Shown here: piece by piece, positions 1 through 14,006 of the stretch
How positions within the stretch are numbered: the first letter of the stretch is position 1
Layout: each line of letters starts with the position of its first letter
NCBI GenBank assembly: GCA_963770565.1
Contig: CAVYQE010000001.1
Span: 1,280,001 to 1,344,000 of the forward strand
DNA from: an uncultured Actinomycetota bacterium
GTDB taxonomy: Bacteria > Actinomycetota > Actinomycetes > JAFAQI01
Length of the DNA stretch: 64,000 nt
Reading direction: 5' to 3'
The notes under the pieces: generated by a model
Told to the model about the DNA's origin: nothing
The model's input: the letters and a program-made list of their open reading frames with translations, nothing else
Database searches by the model: none
Made by a program: the position numbers and the translations under genes

Positions 1-135
1 TGGCTGGGGATGCCTGAGGGCGGCGTCACACGGTCGGCGGACCCGGCGGCGGCTACCTGCCCGCGGGCCTGGGGCGTCATACAGTAGGCGGACCTCCACG
101 ACCACAGCCGGATCAGGCGGGATGAAGGCGGACAG

Positions 136-1408
136 ATGACCGATGCGACCCCGTTCTGGGGGCCCGATTTCGCCGCGTTGTCGGCCACCGACCCCGAGAT
201 CGCCGCGGTCATCATCGACGAGCTCGAGCGGCTGCGCGGCGGCCTTCAGCTGATCGCCAGCGAGAACTTCACCTCGCCGGCGGTGCTCGCCGCACTCGGC
301 TCGACACTGTCGAACAAGTACGCCGAGGGCTATCCCGGCAGGCGTTATTACGGCGGTTGCGAGGTGGTCGACCGGGCCGAGAAGATCGGGATCGAGCGGG
401 CCAAGGCACTCTTCGGCGCCGACCATGCCAACCTGCAGCCGCATTCCGGCGCCAGCGCCAACCTGGCGGCCTACGCGGCACTGCTCGCACCTGGCGACAC
501 CGTGCTCGCGATGTGCCTGCCGCACGGCGGCCACCTGACCCACGGCAGCAAGGTCAACTTCTCCGGCAAGTGGTTCAACACCGTCGCTTACGGGGTGCGC
601 GAGGACAACGAGCTGATCGACTACGACCAGGTCCGCGAACTGGCGCATGAGCACCAGCCGAAGATGATCATCTGCGGCGCGACGGCGTACCCGCGGCTGA
701 TCGACTTCGCGGCGTTCCGCTCGATCGCGGACGAGGTCGGCGCCTGGCTGATGGTCGACGCGGCGCACTTCATCGGCCTCGTCGCCGGCAAGGCGATCCC
801 GAGCCCGGTGCCCGTACGCCGACGTCGTCACCTTCACCACGCACAAGGTCCTGCGCGGCCCGCGCGGCGGCATGATCGTCTGCAAGGAGGACCTCGCCGC
901 GCGGATCGACAAGGCGGTCTTCCCGTTCAGCCAGGGCGGCCCGCTGATGCACGCGGTTGCCGCCAAGGCGGTCGCGCTGAAGGAGGCGGCCACGCCGGAA
1001 TACCAGCGCTACGCCAAGCAGGTCATCGCCAACTGCCAGGCCCTCGCCGACGGCCTGGCGGCCGAGGGGATGCGGCCGGTCAGCGGCGGCACCGACACCC
1101 ACCTGGCCTTGATCGACCTGCGCGGGCTCGGCGTCACGGGCAAGGACGCGGAGACCCGCTGCGACGCCGCCAAGATCACGCTCAACAAGAACTCGATCCC
1201 GTTCGACCCGCAGCCGCCGTCCATCGGGTCCGGGATCCGGGTCGGCACCCCGGCGGTGACCACCCAGGGCATGGCCGAGGGCGAGATGAAAGAGGTCGCG
1301 GCCCTGATCGCGCGAGCGGTGCGCGACGCGGACGGCACGGCCGCCGCGGAGATCGGTGCGACCGTCGGCGCGCTGGTGACCGCCCACCCGGCGTACCCGC
1401 GGGGCTAG
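136..1408 (+). CDS. glyA: Serine hydroxymethyltransferase; one +1 frameshift at ~814, probable sequence artefact
   Basis: [32 protein letters not shown]; removing one base at 811-814 restores [16 protein letters not shown] (PLP lysine) and joins ORF 872-1408 ([11 protein letters not shown]). Confidence 0.95.
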
Positions 1409-1420
1409 GGGCCGACCGCC

Positions 1421-2533
1421 GTGCGCGAGTACGTCCTCACCGGGGTGCTCGTCGCGGCTGTCACCTATCTGCTCACCCCCTACGCGCGGCGGTTCGCGAT
1501 CGCCACCAACGCGTTCACCGAGGTGCGCGACCGCGACGTCCACACCATCCCGACGCCGCGGCTCGGCGGGCTGGCGATCTTCGGCGGTCTCTGCGCGGGG
1601 CTACTGGTCGCGAGCCGGCTGCCGACCCTGCATCGCGCGTTCCAGACCACCGACATCCGCGGTGTCCTGCTCGGCGGCGGCGTGCTCGTGCTGCTCGGTG
1701 CCGCCGACGACCGATGGGGCCTCGACGCGCTGACCAAGCTCGCCGGCCAGATCCTGTCCGCCGGGATCATGGTGCTCAACGGCGTGCAGCTGCTCTACCT
1801 GCCGGTTCCCGGGCACGGGGCGCTCTCGCTCGGCCTCGACATCGGCGTCCCGCTCACGATCTTGTTCGTCGTCATCACGATCAACGCGATCAACTTCATC
1901 GACGGTCTCGACGGGCTCGCCGCGGGCGTCGTGGCGATCGCCTCGCTGTCGTTCTTCGCCTACTCCTACGAGCTGTCAGTGGTGCATCAGTTCGACCGGG
2001 CGACCGCACCGACGCTGCTGACCGCGGTGCTGGCCGGCGCGTGCATCGGGTTCCTGCCGCACAACTTCAACCCGGCCCGGATCTTCATGGGCGACTCCGG
2101 CTCGATGCTGCTCGGCTTGGTGCTCGCCGCCGCCACCGTGAGCCTGACCGGCCAGCTCGATCCGAACGCACTGCCCGCCGACGACTTCGCACCCGGACTG
2201 CTGCCGCTGCTGCTCCCGCTTGCCGTGTTCGCCGTACCGTTCGGCGACCTGGTGCTTGCGGTGGTCCGCCGCAGCCGGGCCGGGCAGGCGCCGTGGCAGC
2301 CGGACAAGCAGCACCTGCACCACCGGCTGCTCAAGCTCGGGCACTCGCACGCTCGCGCCGTGCTCATGATGTACATGTGGTCGGCGCTGATCGCGGGCGG
2401 CACGGTGACTGTTGCGCTCTCGCATCGCCGGCCGTTACTCATCTTGTCGTTCGTGTTGATCGCCGCGGCCGTGCTGGTGGTTGCGAGCAGCGTGCCCCGG
2501 TTGCGTGCCGCCAGCCAGACCCCGCCGTCCTGA
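1421..2533 (+). CDS. MraY/WecA(Rfe)-family polyprenyl-phosphate GlcNAc-1-P transferase
   Basis: [34 protein letters not shown] motifs; many TM helices; usual position between glyA and atp. Confidence 0.92.
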   Translation: MREYVLTGVLVAAVTYLLTPYARRFAIATNAFTEVRDRDVHTIPTPRLGGLAIFGGLCAGLLVASRLPTLHRAFQTTDIRGVLLGGGVLVLLGAADDRWGLDALTKLAGQILSAGIMVLNGVQLLYLPVPGHGALSLGLDIGVPLTILFVVITINAINFIDGLDGLAAGVVAIASLSFFAYSYELSVVHQFDRATAPTLLTAVLAGACIGFLPHNFNPARIFMGDSGSMLLGLVLAAATVSLTGQLDPNALPADDFAPGLLPLLLPLAVFAVPFGDLVLAVVRRSRAGQAPWQPDKQHLHHRLLKLGHSHARAVLMMYMWSALIAGGTVTVALSHRRPLLILSFVLIAAAVLVVASSVPRLRAASQTPPS

Positions 2534-2606
2534 CCCGCCGGGCGCTCGGATCGGTTAGGTTCGGATCGGGCCGCGGCAGCCTGGATGCCGGGACAGGGGA
2601 GTGCGC

Positions 2607-3170
2607 ATGAGGGTTTCCGGGTTGCGGTCAGTGCTCATTGCGGCCAGCGCCGCGGGTCTTGCGCTGGCGACCGGTGTGCCGGCGGCGACCGCCGGTGCCG
2701 CGGGAGCCGGCCGTACGACGGTCGGCGACAAGTGCCTGGTCGGCACCTGGCTCGACAACCACGGCCGGACGACCACGAAGTTCAACGGCGTCAACGTCGT
2801 CATGCACGCAGGTGGCGGCGACGTCGACCACATCAGCGCGACCGGGATCGACCACTCCAACTGGATGAGGTCGCAACCGCTGGTCGGGACCTACCGCGGG
2901 CATCCGCTGACCGAGATGATTCGCGGCAAGAACAAGCAGTTGCTCCACGCGAGCAAGATCGGCCATCACCTCTGGATCACTGTGACCGAGCGCGGATGGA
3001 GCGCGGGCAGCACCAACACCTACCTCTACCGGCATCACCACCGGCCCGGCTACCTCAACAAGATCGGTGTCCACAGCTACCGGTTCCGCTGCACCGCGAC
3101 GACGCTGACCTGGATGGGCCCCAAGGGGCATGTGATCGGTACCGAGACCCGGCAGAGCCGCACGCCATGA
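2607..3170 (+). CDS. Hypothetical secreted, His/Arg-rich protein
   Basis: GGGGAG before ATG 2607; signal-peptide-like N-terminus; two Cys ([14 protein letters not shown]); GC3-rich codons. Confidence 0.7.
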   Translation: MRVSGLRSVLIAASAAGLALATGVPAATAGAAGAGRTTVGDKCLVGTWLDNHGRTTTKFNGVNVVMHAGGGDVDHISATGIDHSNWMRSQPLVGTYRGHPLTEMIRGKNKQLLHASKIGHHLWITVTERGWSAGSTNTYLYRHHHRPGYLNKIGVHSYRFRCTATTLTWMGPKGHVIGTETRQSRTP

Positions 3171-3195
3171 CCGCCGCGCCGGCCGGCTGAGCCCC

Positions 3196-3471
3196 ATGGG
3201 CCGCGTCCCGGAGCGCCCGGCGCCCAACGTGGTCACGCTGCTCGGGATCGGCTCGATGCTCGGGATCTGTGTGGGCGTCGGTGCGTTTCTCGGGGTCCTC
3301 GGTGACCGTGCGTTGGGCTCCGCACCCCTGTTTGCTCTGCTCGGCGTACTCGTTGGTATCTTGGTTGGCGCCGCCGGCGCCTACCAGGTGATCCGGCCAT
3401 ATACCCGCACCAGCTCAGCTCCAGCCGACAAAGCCAGACCTGACAATGACGTCCGATCCGACGACCGGTGA
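3196..3471 (+). CDS. AtpZ/AtpI-family small membrane protein
   Basis: Two hydrophobic helices around GDRALGSAP; first gene of the atp operon. Confidence 0.75.
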   Translation: MGRVPERPAPNVVTLLGIGSMLGICVGVGAFLGVLGDRALGSAPLFALLGVLVGILVGAAGAYQVIRPYTRTSSAPADKARPDNDVRSDDR

Positions 3472-3874
3472 GAGGAACACGGTGGCCCTCGACGCTCAAT
3501 GGAGCGCCGTCGCGCGCGGGTATCGAAACGCGTTGATCGTTGCCGGCGTGCTCGGCCTCATCTCGATCGCCGCCGGATTTGCGGCCGGGGCACCATTTGT
3601 CGGAGTGTTCCTCTGCATCGGCCTCGGGCTCGGCGGCTACAACGCCCGCAAGCTCTGGGGCGACACCCAGGCGCTCGACGCCGAGGTCGCCAACCCGCGT
3701 GGCGCAGTGATGAAGACGTCGCTGTCCCGGCTGGGGATCATCACGGTCTTCGCGATCCTGGTGGCGCTGGTCTACCGCCAGGACGGCTGGGCCGTCTTCG
3801 TGGGGCTGGTCATCTTCCAGCTCGTCATGATGTCGCTGCTGATCCGCCCGTTGCGCCGGGTGGTCGCTCCGTGA
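3446..3874 (+). CDS. atpI: ATP synthase protein I
   Basis: Four TM helices, SRLGIIT, directly upstream of atpB. Confidence 0.75.
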   Translation: MTSDPTTGERNTVALDAQWSAVARGYRNALIVAGVLGLISIAAGFAAGAPFVGVFLCIGLGLGGYNARKLWGDTQALDAEVANPRGAVMKTSLSRLGIITVFAILVALVYRQDGWAVFVGLVIFQLVMMSLLIRPLRRVVAP

Positions 3875-4611
3875 TGCGAAGCCTCGCCGCGCTGCCGGCC
3901 GCGACCATCTCGGTCGGCGACCACCCGCACTTCACGTTTCTCGGCCTGACTTTCAACTACGACACGATGTACACCACGCTGATCGCCGCGGCGCTGACCG
4001 TGGGTTTCGTCGGGTACGTCGCGCGCAAGGCCACCAGCAGCGTGCCGAACCGGCCGCAGATCATCACCGAGCTGGTGCTCACCCAGACCCGCGACTACGT
4101 CGAGCAGGCGGTCGGCCACGACATCCCGCCGTGGCTGGTGCCGTTCGGGGCCACCCTGTTCTTCTTCATCCTGTTCAGCAACTGGCTGGCCTGGATCCCC
4201 AGCGGTCACAACCCGGAGCGGCTCGCGCCGCCGACCGCGGACGTCAACCTGGTCTACGCGCTTGCCCTGACCGTGGTCGTGCTCTACACCTACCTCGGCG
4301 TGAAGCGAAAGGGCCGTCGCTACGTCACGGACTGGTTCACCGTGAAGCCGGCGATCCGCCGCCCGATCCTGCTGCTGGAGCAGATCGTCAACCCGCTCTC
4401 GCTCTCGTTGCGTCTGTTCGGCAACATCTTCGCCGGCGGCATCATGCTGGCGGTCATCGCGTTGCTGCCGTTCTATCTGTTCCCGCTGTACGGGCTGGCC
4501 GACTTCGGGTGGAGGTTGTTCGACTCAGGGCTGATCGCGCCGATCCAGGCGTTCATCTTCTCGTTCCTGACCATTTTGTACTTCGGCTTTGCAACCGCCG
4601 AAGAGCACTGA
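3874..4611 (+). CDS. atpB: F1Fo ATP synthase subunit a
   Basis: PPTADVN, SLSLRLFGNIFAG (essential Arg), IQAFIFSFLT; ATG overlaps the atpI stop. Confidence 0.95.
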   Translation: MRSLAALPAATISVGDHPHFTFLGLTFNYDTMYTTLIAAALTVGFVGYVARKATSSVPNRPQIITELVLTQTRDYVEQAVGHDIPPWLVPFGATLFFFILFSNWLAWIPSGHNPERLAPPTADVNLVYALALTVVVLYTYLGVKRKGRRYVTDWFTVKPAIRRPILLLEQIVNPLSLSLRLFGNIFAGGIMLAVIALLPFYLFPLYGLADFGWRLFDSGLIAPIQAFIFSFLTILYFGFATAEEH

Positions 4612-4641
4612 CGCGCTCGAGCACGAGCGTTTCGCAACTAG

Positions 4642-5509
<868 letters not shown>

Positions 5510-5510
<1 letters not shown>

Positions 5511-6337
5511 TGCAAGGAGCCAGCCGGGCATCGTTGTCGATGCTCCGCGAGCATCTGCCGACCGACGGCGATCTGATCGGGCTGTCCGAGCAGCTCTACG
5601 CCGTGGTGTCGCTGCTGTTGCCGCAGGGCTCGTTGCGTCGTGCGCTGTCCGACCCGGCCCTGCCGGCGGTGACGAAGGCGGCTCTGGTCGACCGGTTGTT
5701 CGGCACCCAGCTCGACGGGCCGACCCTCGAGCTGCTCCGCGCGGCGGCGCGCTCGCGCTGGTCGCAGCCGCGGGACCTGCTCGACTCGCTGGAGGAGCTC
5801 GCGGTCGAGGCCGCGCTCGCTGCGGCGGAGGCGGTCGGGCAGCTCGAGGAGGTCGAGGATGAGCTGTTCCGCTTCAGCCGGATCCTCGACGCCGAGCCCA
5901 CCCTGCGGGCGGTGCTGACCGAGCGCAACATCTCGCGGGAGTCCAAGCGCGAGTTGCTGCACACCCTGCTCGAGGGCCGGGTAACGAGCTTCACCTTCTC
6001 CCTGATCTCGCGCGCGGCGATCGAGCCGCGCGGGCGCCCGATCGAGCACGTGCTGCTCCATGTTTCGGCGCTCGCCGCGCAGCGGCGGGACCGGCTGATC
6101 GCACACGTGACGACGGCGGTGGAGCTCACCGACGACGAACAGGCCGCACTGGCCACCGCACTCAGTACGACCTACGAGCACGAGATGCGGCTGGAGGTCA
6201 TCGTCGACGAGTCATTGATCGGCGGCATCACAGTGCGGGTCGGCGACGAGATGATCGACGCCAGTGTCGCGCGCCAGCTCGCCGAGGCGCGCCGCAAGCT
6301 GACCGGCGGATCGGGCGCACGCCCGCGCCGCGGATAG
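5510..6337 (+). CDS. atpH: F1Fo ATP synthase subunit delta (long actinobacterial form, not fused to b)
   Basis: [37 protein letters not shown]. Confidence 0.93.
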
Positions 6338-6362
6338 AACAAGCAAACCGAGGAGCAAACCA

Positions 6363-8027
6363 GTGACCGAGTTGAGCATCCGGCCGGAGGAGATCCGCGA
6401 CGCCCTCGCGGGCATCGTCGAGGCCTACGACGCCAAGACCAAGCGCGAGGAGGTCGGCGTCGTCGTCGACACCGGCGACGGCATCGCCCGCGTCGAGGGT
6501 CTGCACTCGGCGATGACCAACGAGCTGCTGGAGTTCGAGGGCGGCTTACTGGGCATCGCGCTGAACCTCGACGTCGCGCGAGATCGGCTGCGTCATCCTC
6601 GGCGACGCGCAGGACATCGAGGAGGGCCAGCAGGTCCGCCGGACCGGCGAGGTGCTGTCGGTCCCGGTCGGCGACGGCTTCCTCGGCCGCGTCGTCGACC
6701 CGCTCGGGCGGCCGCTCGACGGCAAGGGTGACATCGCCTCGACCGAGCGCCGCGACCTCGAACTCCAGGCGCCGAACGTGATGGCCGCGCCAGCCGGTGA
6801 AGGAGCCGCTGCAGACCGGGATCAAGGCGATCGACGCGATGACCGCGATCGGCCGCGGCCAGCGCCAGCTGATCATCGGCGACCGGCAGACCGGCAAGAC
6901 CGCGGTCGCGCTCGACGCGATCATCAACCAGCGCGACAGCTGGAAGAGCGGCGACAAGAAGCAGGCGGTCAAGTGCGTCTACGTCGCGATCGGGCAGAAG
7001 GGCTCGACCGTCGCGCAGGTGCACAACGCGCTTGAAGAGGCCGGCGCGATGGACTACACGACCATCGTCGCCGCTCCCGCGTCGTTCCCGGCCGCCTTCA
7101 AGTACATCGCGCCCTACGCCGGCTCCGCGATCGGCGCAGCACTGGATGTACGCCGGCGAGCACGCGCTGATCGTCTTCGACGACCTGTCAAAGCAGGCCG
7201 ACGCCTACCGCAAGATCTCACTGCTGCTGCGCCGCCCGGCCGGCCGCGAGGCCTACCCCGGCGACGTCTTCTACCTGCACTCCCGGCTGCTCGAGCGCTG
7301 CGCGAAGCTCAACGACGAGCTCGGCGGCGGCTCGCTGACCGGCCTGCCGATCATCGAGACCAAGGGCAACGACGTGTCGGCCTACATCCCGACCAACGTC
7401 ATCTCGATCACCGACGGTCAGATCTTCCTCGAGACCGACCTGTTCAACTCCGGTGTGCGTCCGGCGATCAACGTCGGTGTCTCGGTGTCGCGGGTCGGCG
7501 GCAACGCCCAGACCAAGGCGATGAAGGGGGTCGCCGGCCGGCTGCGGCTCGACCTCGCGCAGTACCGCGAGCTCGAGGCGTTCTCGGCCTTCGGCTCCGA
7601 CCTCGACAAGGCCTCGAAGGCCCAGCTGGAGCGTGGCGCGCGGCTGGTCGAGCTGCTGAAGCAGCCGCAGTACACGCCGTACCCGGTGGAGCGTCAGGTC
7701 GTGTCCATCTGGGCCGGCACGTCGGGTGCGCTCGACGACGTCCCGGTCGCCGACATCTCGAGGTTCGAGCGCGAGTTCCTCGACTACATCGGCCGTCAGC
7801 ACAAGGGCATCTACGACGAGATCCTCGCCGGCGGAAAGGTCGAGGGCGATCTGGCCGAGCAGCTCGAGATCGCGGTCGGCGACTTCAAGAAGCAGTTCGA
7901 GACCTCGAGCGGCGAGCCCATCGGCGGCGATGAGCTCAGTGCCAAGGTCGGGGCTGATGCGTCGGGCGACGGCGACTCGGCTGCATCGGCGGACGAAGAC
8001 GGCGCCGACGAACCGGATGAGTCCTGA
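6363..8027 (+). CDS. atpA: F1Fo ATP synthase subunit alpha; three +1 frameshifts (6576, 6787, 7136), probable artefacts
   Basis: [10 protein letters not shown], Walker [36 protein letters not shown] spread over four ORF fragments; removing three bases gives a full-length protein. Confidence 0.95.
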
Positions 8028-8030
8028 CCA

Positions 8031-10399
<2,369 letters not shown>

Positions 10400-10410
10400 C
10401 GCGGAGCCGG

Positions 10411-11151
10411 TCAGAGGACGGGGCGGACGCCGGCGGCTCGGCGCGGGGAGTAGTGGCGGGCCATCCAGGGCACCAGCCAGGCTGCTTCGGCGGCGATCCG
10501 CCAGTCCATCTTCGAGCTGCCGGCGCGACGTTCGTGAAAGACGATCGGCACCTCGGTGATCCGGGCGCCGGCCCGCGCAGCGCGCACGGTCATCTCGATC
10601 TGGAAGGCGTAGCCGTCGCTGCCGGTCTCCTCGTCGAGTAGTGCGGCGAGCAGGGGTGCCCGCCAGGCCTTGAAGCCCCCGGTCAAGTCGCTGACCGGGG
10701 TGTGGACGAGCACCCGCGCGTAGATGTTGCCGCCGCGGGAGAGCCAGCCGCGCGGACCCGACAGCCCGGCGCTGCTGCCGCCCGGGACGTACCGCGACCC
10801 GATCACAAGGTCGGCATCCTCGGCGGCGGCGACCAGCCGGTCGACATCGCTGGGCGCGTGCGAGCCGTCGGCGTCCATCTGGACGACGAGGTCGTAGCGA
10901 TCGTCGGCCAGCGCGCGGGCGAACCCCGTGGCGTACGCCCGGCCGAGCCCTTGCTTGCCCGGGTTTTCGAGCAGGTGCACCCGGTCGGGTTCGACGAGCA
11001 TCGCGGCGCGCACGACCTCCCCGGTGCCGTCGGGGGAGCTGTCGTCCACGACCAGGATGTCGGGTCGGCACGGCCGCTCGAGCAGCTGCTCGAGAGTGGT
11101 GGCGATCGTGTCGCGCTCGTTGTAGGTGGGCACGACAACGACGGAACGCAT
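10411..11151 (-). CDS. GT2 polyprenol monophosphomannose synthase (Ppm1-like)
   Basis: VVPTYNE, VVDDSSPDGTG, QMDADGSH, IGSRYVPGG, GYAFQIEM. Confidence 0.88.
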   Translation of the reverse strand: MRSVVVVPTYNERDTIATTLEQLLERPCRPDILVVDDSSPDGTGEVVRAAMLVEPDRVHLLENPGKQGLGRAYATGFARALADDRYDLVVQMDADGSHAPSDVDRLVAAAEDADLVIGSRYVPGGSSAGLSGPRGWLSRGGNIYARVLVHTPVSDLTGGFKAWRAPLLAALLDEETGSDGYAFQIEMTVRAARAGARITEVPIVFHERRAGSSKMDWRIAAEAAWLVPWMARHYSPRRAAGVRPVL

Positions 11152-11210
11152 GCGGGGGAGTCTAGGAGTTGGGTCTGACCGGGCTCTGATGGCGGCTGAG
11201 GCCGGGCCGG

Positions 11211-11216
11211 TAAGAT
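11211..11216 (+). promoter_or_regulatory. -10 hexamer for a leaderless atpC transcript
   Basis: TAAGAT 6 nt before ATG 11223, no SD. Confidence 0.6.
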
Positions 11217-11222
11217 CGTGCG

Positions 11223-11606
11223 ATGGCCACGATGCAGGTTCAGCTTGTCGCGCCCGATCGCATGGTGTGGTCGGGCGAGGCGGAGATCGTGCTGGCCCGC
11301 ACCGTTGAGGGCGAGCTCGGCATCCTGCCCCGTCATGCGCCGTTGCTCGGCGTCCTGGTCGAGCATCCGGTCACGATCCGCCGCAGTGGGGACGACGACC
11401 TGGTGGCCGCCGTGCACGGCGGTTTCCTGTCGGTGAGCAGCGAGAGCGTCGACGTCCTCGCCGAGATCGTCGAACTCGCCGACGAGATCGATGTCCCGCG
11501 CGCTCGCCAGGCCCTGGCAGCGGCGAAGGACAGCCACGACGAGGCCGCCAAGGCCGCCGCCCGCCGCGCCACCGCCCGCCTGAAGGCCGCGGGCGAGACC
11601 GTCTAG
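11223..11606 (+). CDS. atpC: F1Fo ATP synthase subunit epsilon
   Basis: [32 protein letters not shown]. Confidence 0.96.
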   Translation: MATMQVQLVAPDRMVWSGEAEIVLARTVEGELGILPRHAPLLGVLVEHPVTIRRSGDDDLVAAVHGGFLSVSSESVDVLAEIVELADEIDVPRARQALAAAKDSHDEAAKAAARRATARLKAAGETV

Positions 11607-11619
11607 TAGTCGCGCGGAG

Positions 11620-12225
11620 CTAGCCCTCTCGACTGGCCTGCGGCGCCCAGGTCACGTCTCCGACCTCGAGGTTGGCCACCCGGGCGAGGATGAACAGCAG
11701 GTCCGAGAGCCGGTTCAGGTAGGTCGAGGTCAGCGGGTTGGTCGACTCCGGCTCGGCTTCCAGCAACGCCCAGACCGCTCGCTCGGCCCGGCGGGTCACG
11801 GTGCGCGCCACGTGGAGCAACGCGGCACCCACGCTTCCGCCCGGCAGCACGAACGAGTCGAGCTTCGGGACCTTCGCGTTGTAGGTGTCGCAAGCCGCTT
11901 CGAGCCGCTCGACGTACGACGCATCGATTCGCAGCGGCGCCCACTGGGGATCGGGCACGATCGGCGTGCAGAGGTCGGCACCGACGTCGAACAGCTCGTT
12001 CTGGATCGAGGTCAGCAGGGCCACCAGGTCGTCGCCGAGGTCACCGAGCGCGAGCGCGACGCCGATCGCCGAGTTGGCCTCGTCGACATCGCCGTAGGCG
12101 GCCACCCTGGGATCGGTCTTCGCGACCCGGCTCATGTCCCCGAGACCGGTCGTGCCCTCGTCGCCAGTACGGGTGTAGATCCGGGTGAGATGGACCGTCG
12201 AGGACCGCCGCTTTCGCTCCGTCAT
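11620..12225 (-). CDS. ATP:cob(I)alamin adenosyltransferase, PduO type
   Basis: [40 protein letters not shown]. Confidence 0.93.
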   Translation of the reverse strand: MTERKRRSSTVHLTRIYTRTGDEGTTGLGDMSRVAKTDPRVAAYGDVDEANSAIGVALALGDLGDDLVALLTSIQNELFDVGADLCTPIVPDPQWAPLRIDASYVERLEAACDTYNAKVPKLDSFVLPGGSVGAALLHVARTVTRRAERAVWALLEAEPESTNPLTSTYLNRLSDLLFILARVANLEVGDVTWAPQASREG

Positions 12226-12249
12226 GGCTGCGACCATACGATGCCGGAC

Positions 12250-13515
12250 GTGGAGCGGTTCGAAATCATCGGTGGCGCGCGCCTGGCCGGCGACGCGACG
12301 GTGGCTGGCGCGAAGAACAGCGTGCTCAAGGTGATGGCCGCCTCCCTGCTCGCGACCGGAACCACCCGGCTGACGAACGTGCCGATGATCGGCGACGTGC
12401 CGATCATGGGTGCGGTGCTGGGCGGGCTCGGCGCCCACGTCAAGGGCGACGCGCCCAACGTGGAGATCACCGTGCCGGAGGAGCTCGGGCACGAGGCCGA
12501 CTACGAGCACGTCCGGCGGATCCGCGGCTCGGTCTGCGTGCTCGGGCCGCTGCTGGCGCGGGCCGGCCGGGCCCGGGTGGCGCTGCCGGGCGGCGACGCG
12601 ATCGGGTCCCGCTCGCTCGACCTGCACATCACCGGGCTCGAACGGCTCGGCGCGGTCTTCGACAACGCCCACGGCTACCTGGTGGCCGAGGCGCCCGCGC
12701 TGCACGGCGCCCAGATCTGGCTCGACTTCCCGAGTGTCGGCGCCACCGAGAACATCCTGATGGCGGCGGTGCTGGCCAAAGGCACGACGACGATCGACAA
12801 CGCTGCCCGTGAGCCGGAGATCGTCGACCTGTGCCAGATGTTGGTGGCGATGGGTGCCCAGATCGGCGGCATCGGCACCTCGACCCTGGAGATCGACGGG
12901 GTCGAGGCCCTGCAGCCGACCACCCACGACGTCGTACCCGACCGGATCGTCGCGGGCACCTGGGCGTTCGCGGCGACCATGACCCGCGGGGATATCCGGG
13001 TGCGTGGGGCCTCCGCGACGCTGCTCGAGATCGTGCTCGACAAGCTCAGCCAGGCCGGCGCCACGGTGACGACGTACGACGACGGGTTCGAGGTGAGCTG
13101 CAGCGAGCGGCCACGTGCGGTCGACATCGTCACGCTGCCGTATCCGGCGTTCCCGACCGACCTCCTGCCGATGGCGATCGCGCTCAACTCGGTGGCCGAC
13201 GGGGTCGCGTTCGTGACCGAGAACATCTTCGACGGCCGGTTCCGCTTCATCGACGAGCTGATCCGGCTGTCCGCGGACGTGCGCACCGACGGCCATCACG
13301 CGATCGTGCGGGGCCGTGAGCGGCTGTCCGGCGCGCCGGTGCGGGCCACTGACATCCGGGCCGGCGCCGCGCTTGTGCTGGCCGGCGTGGTGGCGGACGG
13401 GCTCACCACGGTCGCCGACGCGTTCCACGTCGACCGCGGCTACCAGTCGTTCGTGGAGACCCTCACCGACCTGGGCGCACAGGTCCGACGCTGCAGCGAC
13501 GACCTCCTGATCTAG
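12250..13515 (+). CDS. murA: UDP-N-acetylglucosamine 1-carboxyvinyltransferase (alternative start ATG 12241)
   Basis: [43 protein letters not shown]; TACGAT 7 nt before GTG 12250. Confidence 0.96.
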   Translation: MERFEIIGGARLAGDATVAGAKNSVLKVMAASLLATGTTRLTNVPMIGDVPIMGAVLGGLGAHVKGDAPNVEITVPEELGHEADYEHVRRIRGSVCVLGPLLARAGRARVALPGGDAIGSRSLDLHITGLERLGAVFDNAHGYLVAEAPALHGAQIWLDFPSVGATENILMAAVLAKGTTTIDNAAREPEIVDLCQMLVAMGAQIGGIGTSTLEIDGVEALQPTTHDVVPDRIVAGTWAFAATMTRGDIRVRGASATLLEIVLDKLSQAGATVTTYDDGFEVSCSERPRAVDIVTLPYPAFPTDLLPMAIALNSVADGVAFVTENIFDGRFRFIDELIRLSADVRTDGHHAIVRGRERLSGAPVRATDIRAGAALVLAGVVADGLTTVADAFHVDRGYQSFVETLTDLGAQVRRCSDDLLI

Positions 13516-13620
13516 CCCGCGAGACCGAGCAATCTCGGCCGATTTCGGCGGCGAGGCAACCAGACGCCGCTTTGGTGCGTCTCATACCGTGACAGGACGC
13601 TCGCAGCTACCGGAAGGCGC

Positions 13621-13998
13621 GTGCCCATGCCGCGTGACGTGTCGCTCGATGGCGAGCTCTCGCTCGACCAGCCACAGAGCCTCGATCTGACGATCACGAT
13701 CGAGCAGCCGGGCCGGGTACTAGCCCTTCGCGGCCGCCTGTCGGCGCGCACGGTGGCCGAAGGACGGGCGGCGCTGGTCGAGGCGATCACGGTCGGCAGC
13801 GATGCCCTCGTGGTCGACATCTCCGGGTTGCAACTCGTCGACGCGAGCGGGCTCGGCATGCTTGTGGGCGCGCACCGGCTTGCCCTGCGCAACGAGCGTG
13901 AACTCGTCCTGCGCGGTGTGCCCGAGCGGATCGAGCGGCTGCTCGCGGTCACCCGGCTGAACCGGGTCCTGCGAGCCGAGGACCCGGTCCGGGTCTGA
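13621..13998 (+). CDS. STAS-domain anti-sigma factor antagonist
   Basis: VVDISGLQLVDASGLGMLVGAHR; GGAAGG RBS. Confidence 0.85.
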   Translation: MPMPRDVSLDGELSLDQPQSLDLTITIEQPGRVLALRGRLSARTVAEGRAALVEAITVGSDALVVDISGLQLVDASGLGMLVGAHRLALRNERELVLRGVPERIERLLAVTRLNRVLRAEDPVRV

Positions 13999-14006
13999 GC
14001 CTGCTC

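Noticed and set aside
1-135. ZMP/ZTP or glycine riboswitch before glyA
   Set aside because: Consensus elements not found; only a TACAGT -10-like hexamer.
2453-2465. 13-mer GTGTTGATCGCCG shared with the hairpin repeat
   Set aside because: Inside wecA coding sequence (VLIA) with no partner arm; likely chance.
136-2610. 824-aa ORF resembling an SHMT fusion
   Set aside because: After the +1 at ~814 it reads off-frame (Arg/Pro-rich) across the rest of glyA and wecA.
6342-6361. AGCAAACC direct repeat flanking the atpA RBS
   Set aside because: 8-bp duplication in an A-rich translation initiation region; too weak to call.
6363-8027. atpA/gatA/glyA as pseudogenes, programmed frameshifts or quadruplet decoding
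   Set aside because: Core genes with otherwise intact motifs, no slippery sites, and the same 4-mers are read normally in frame throughout the window.
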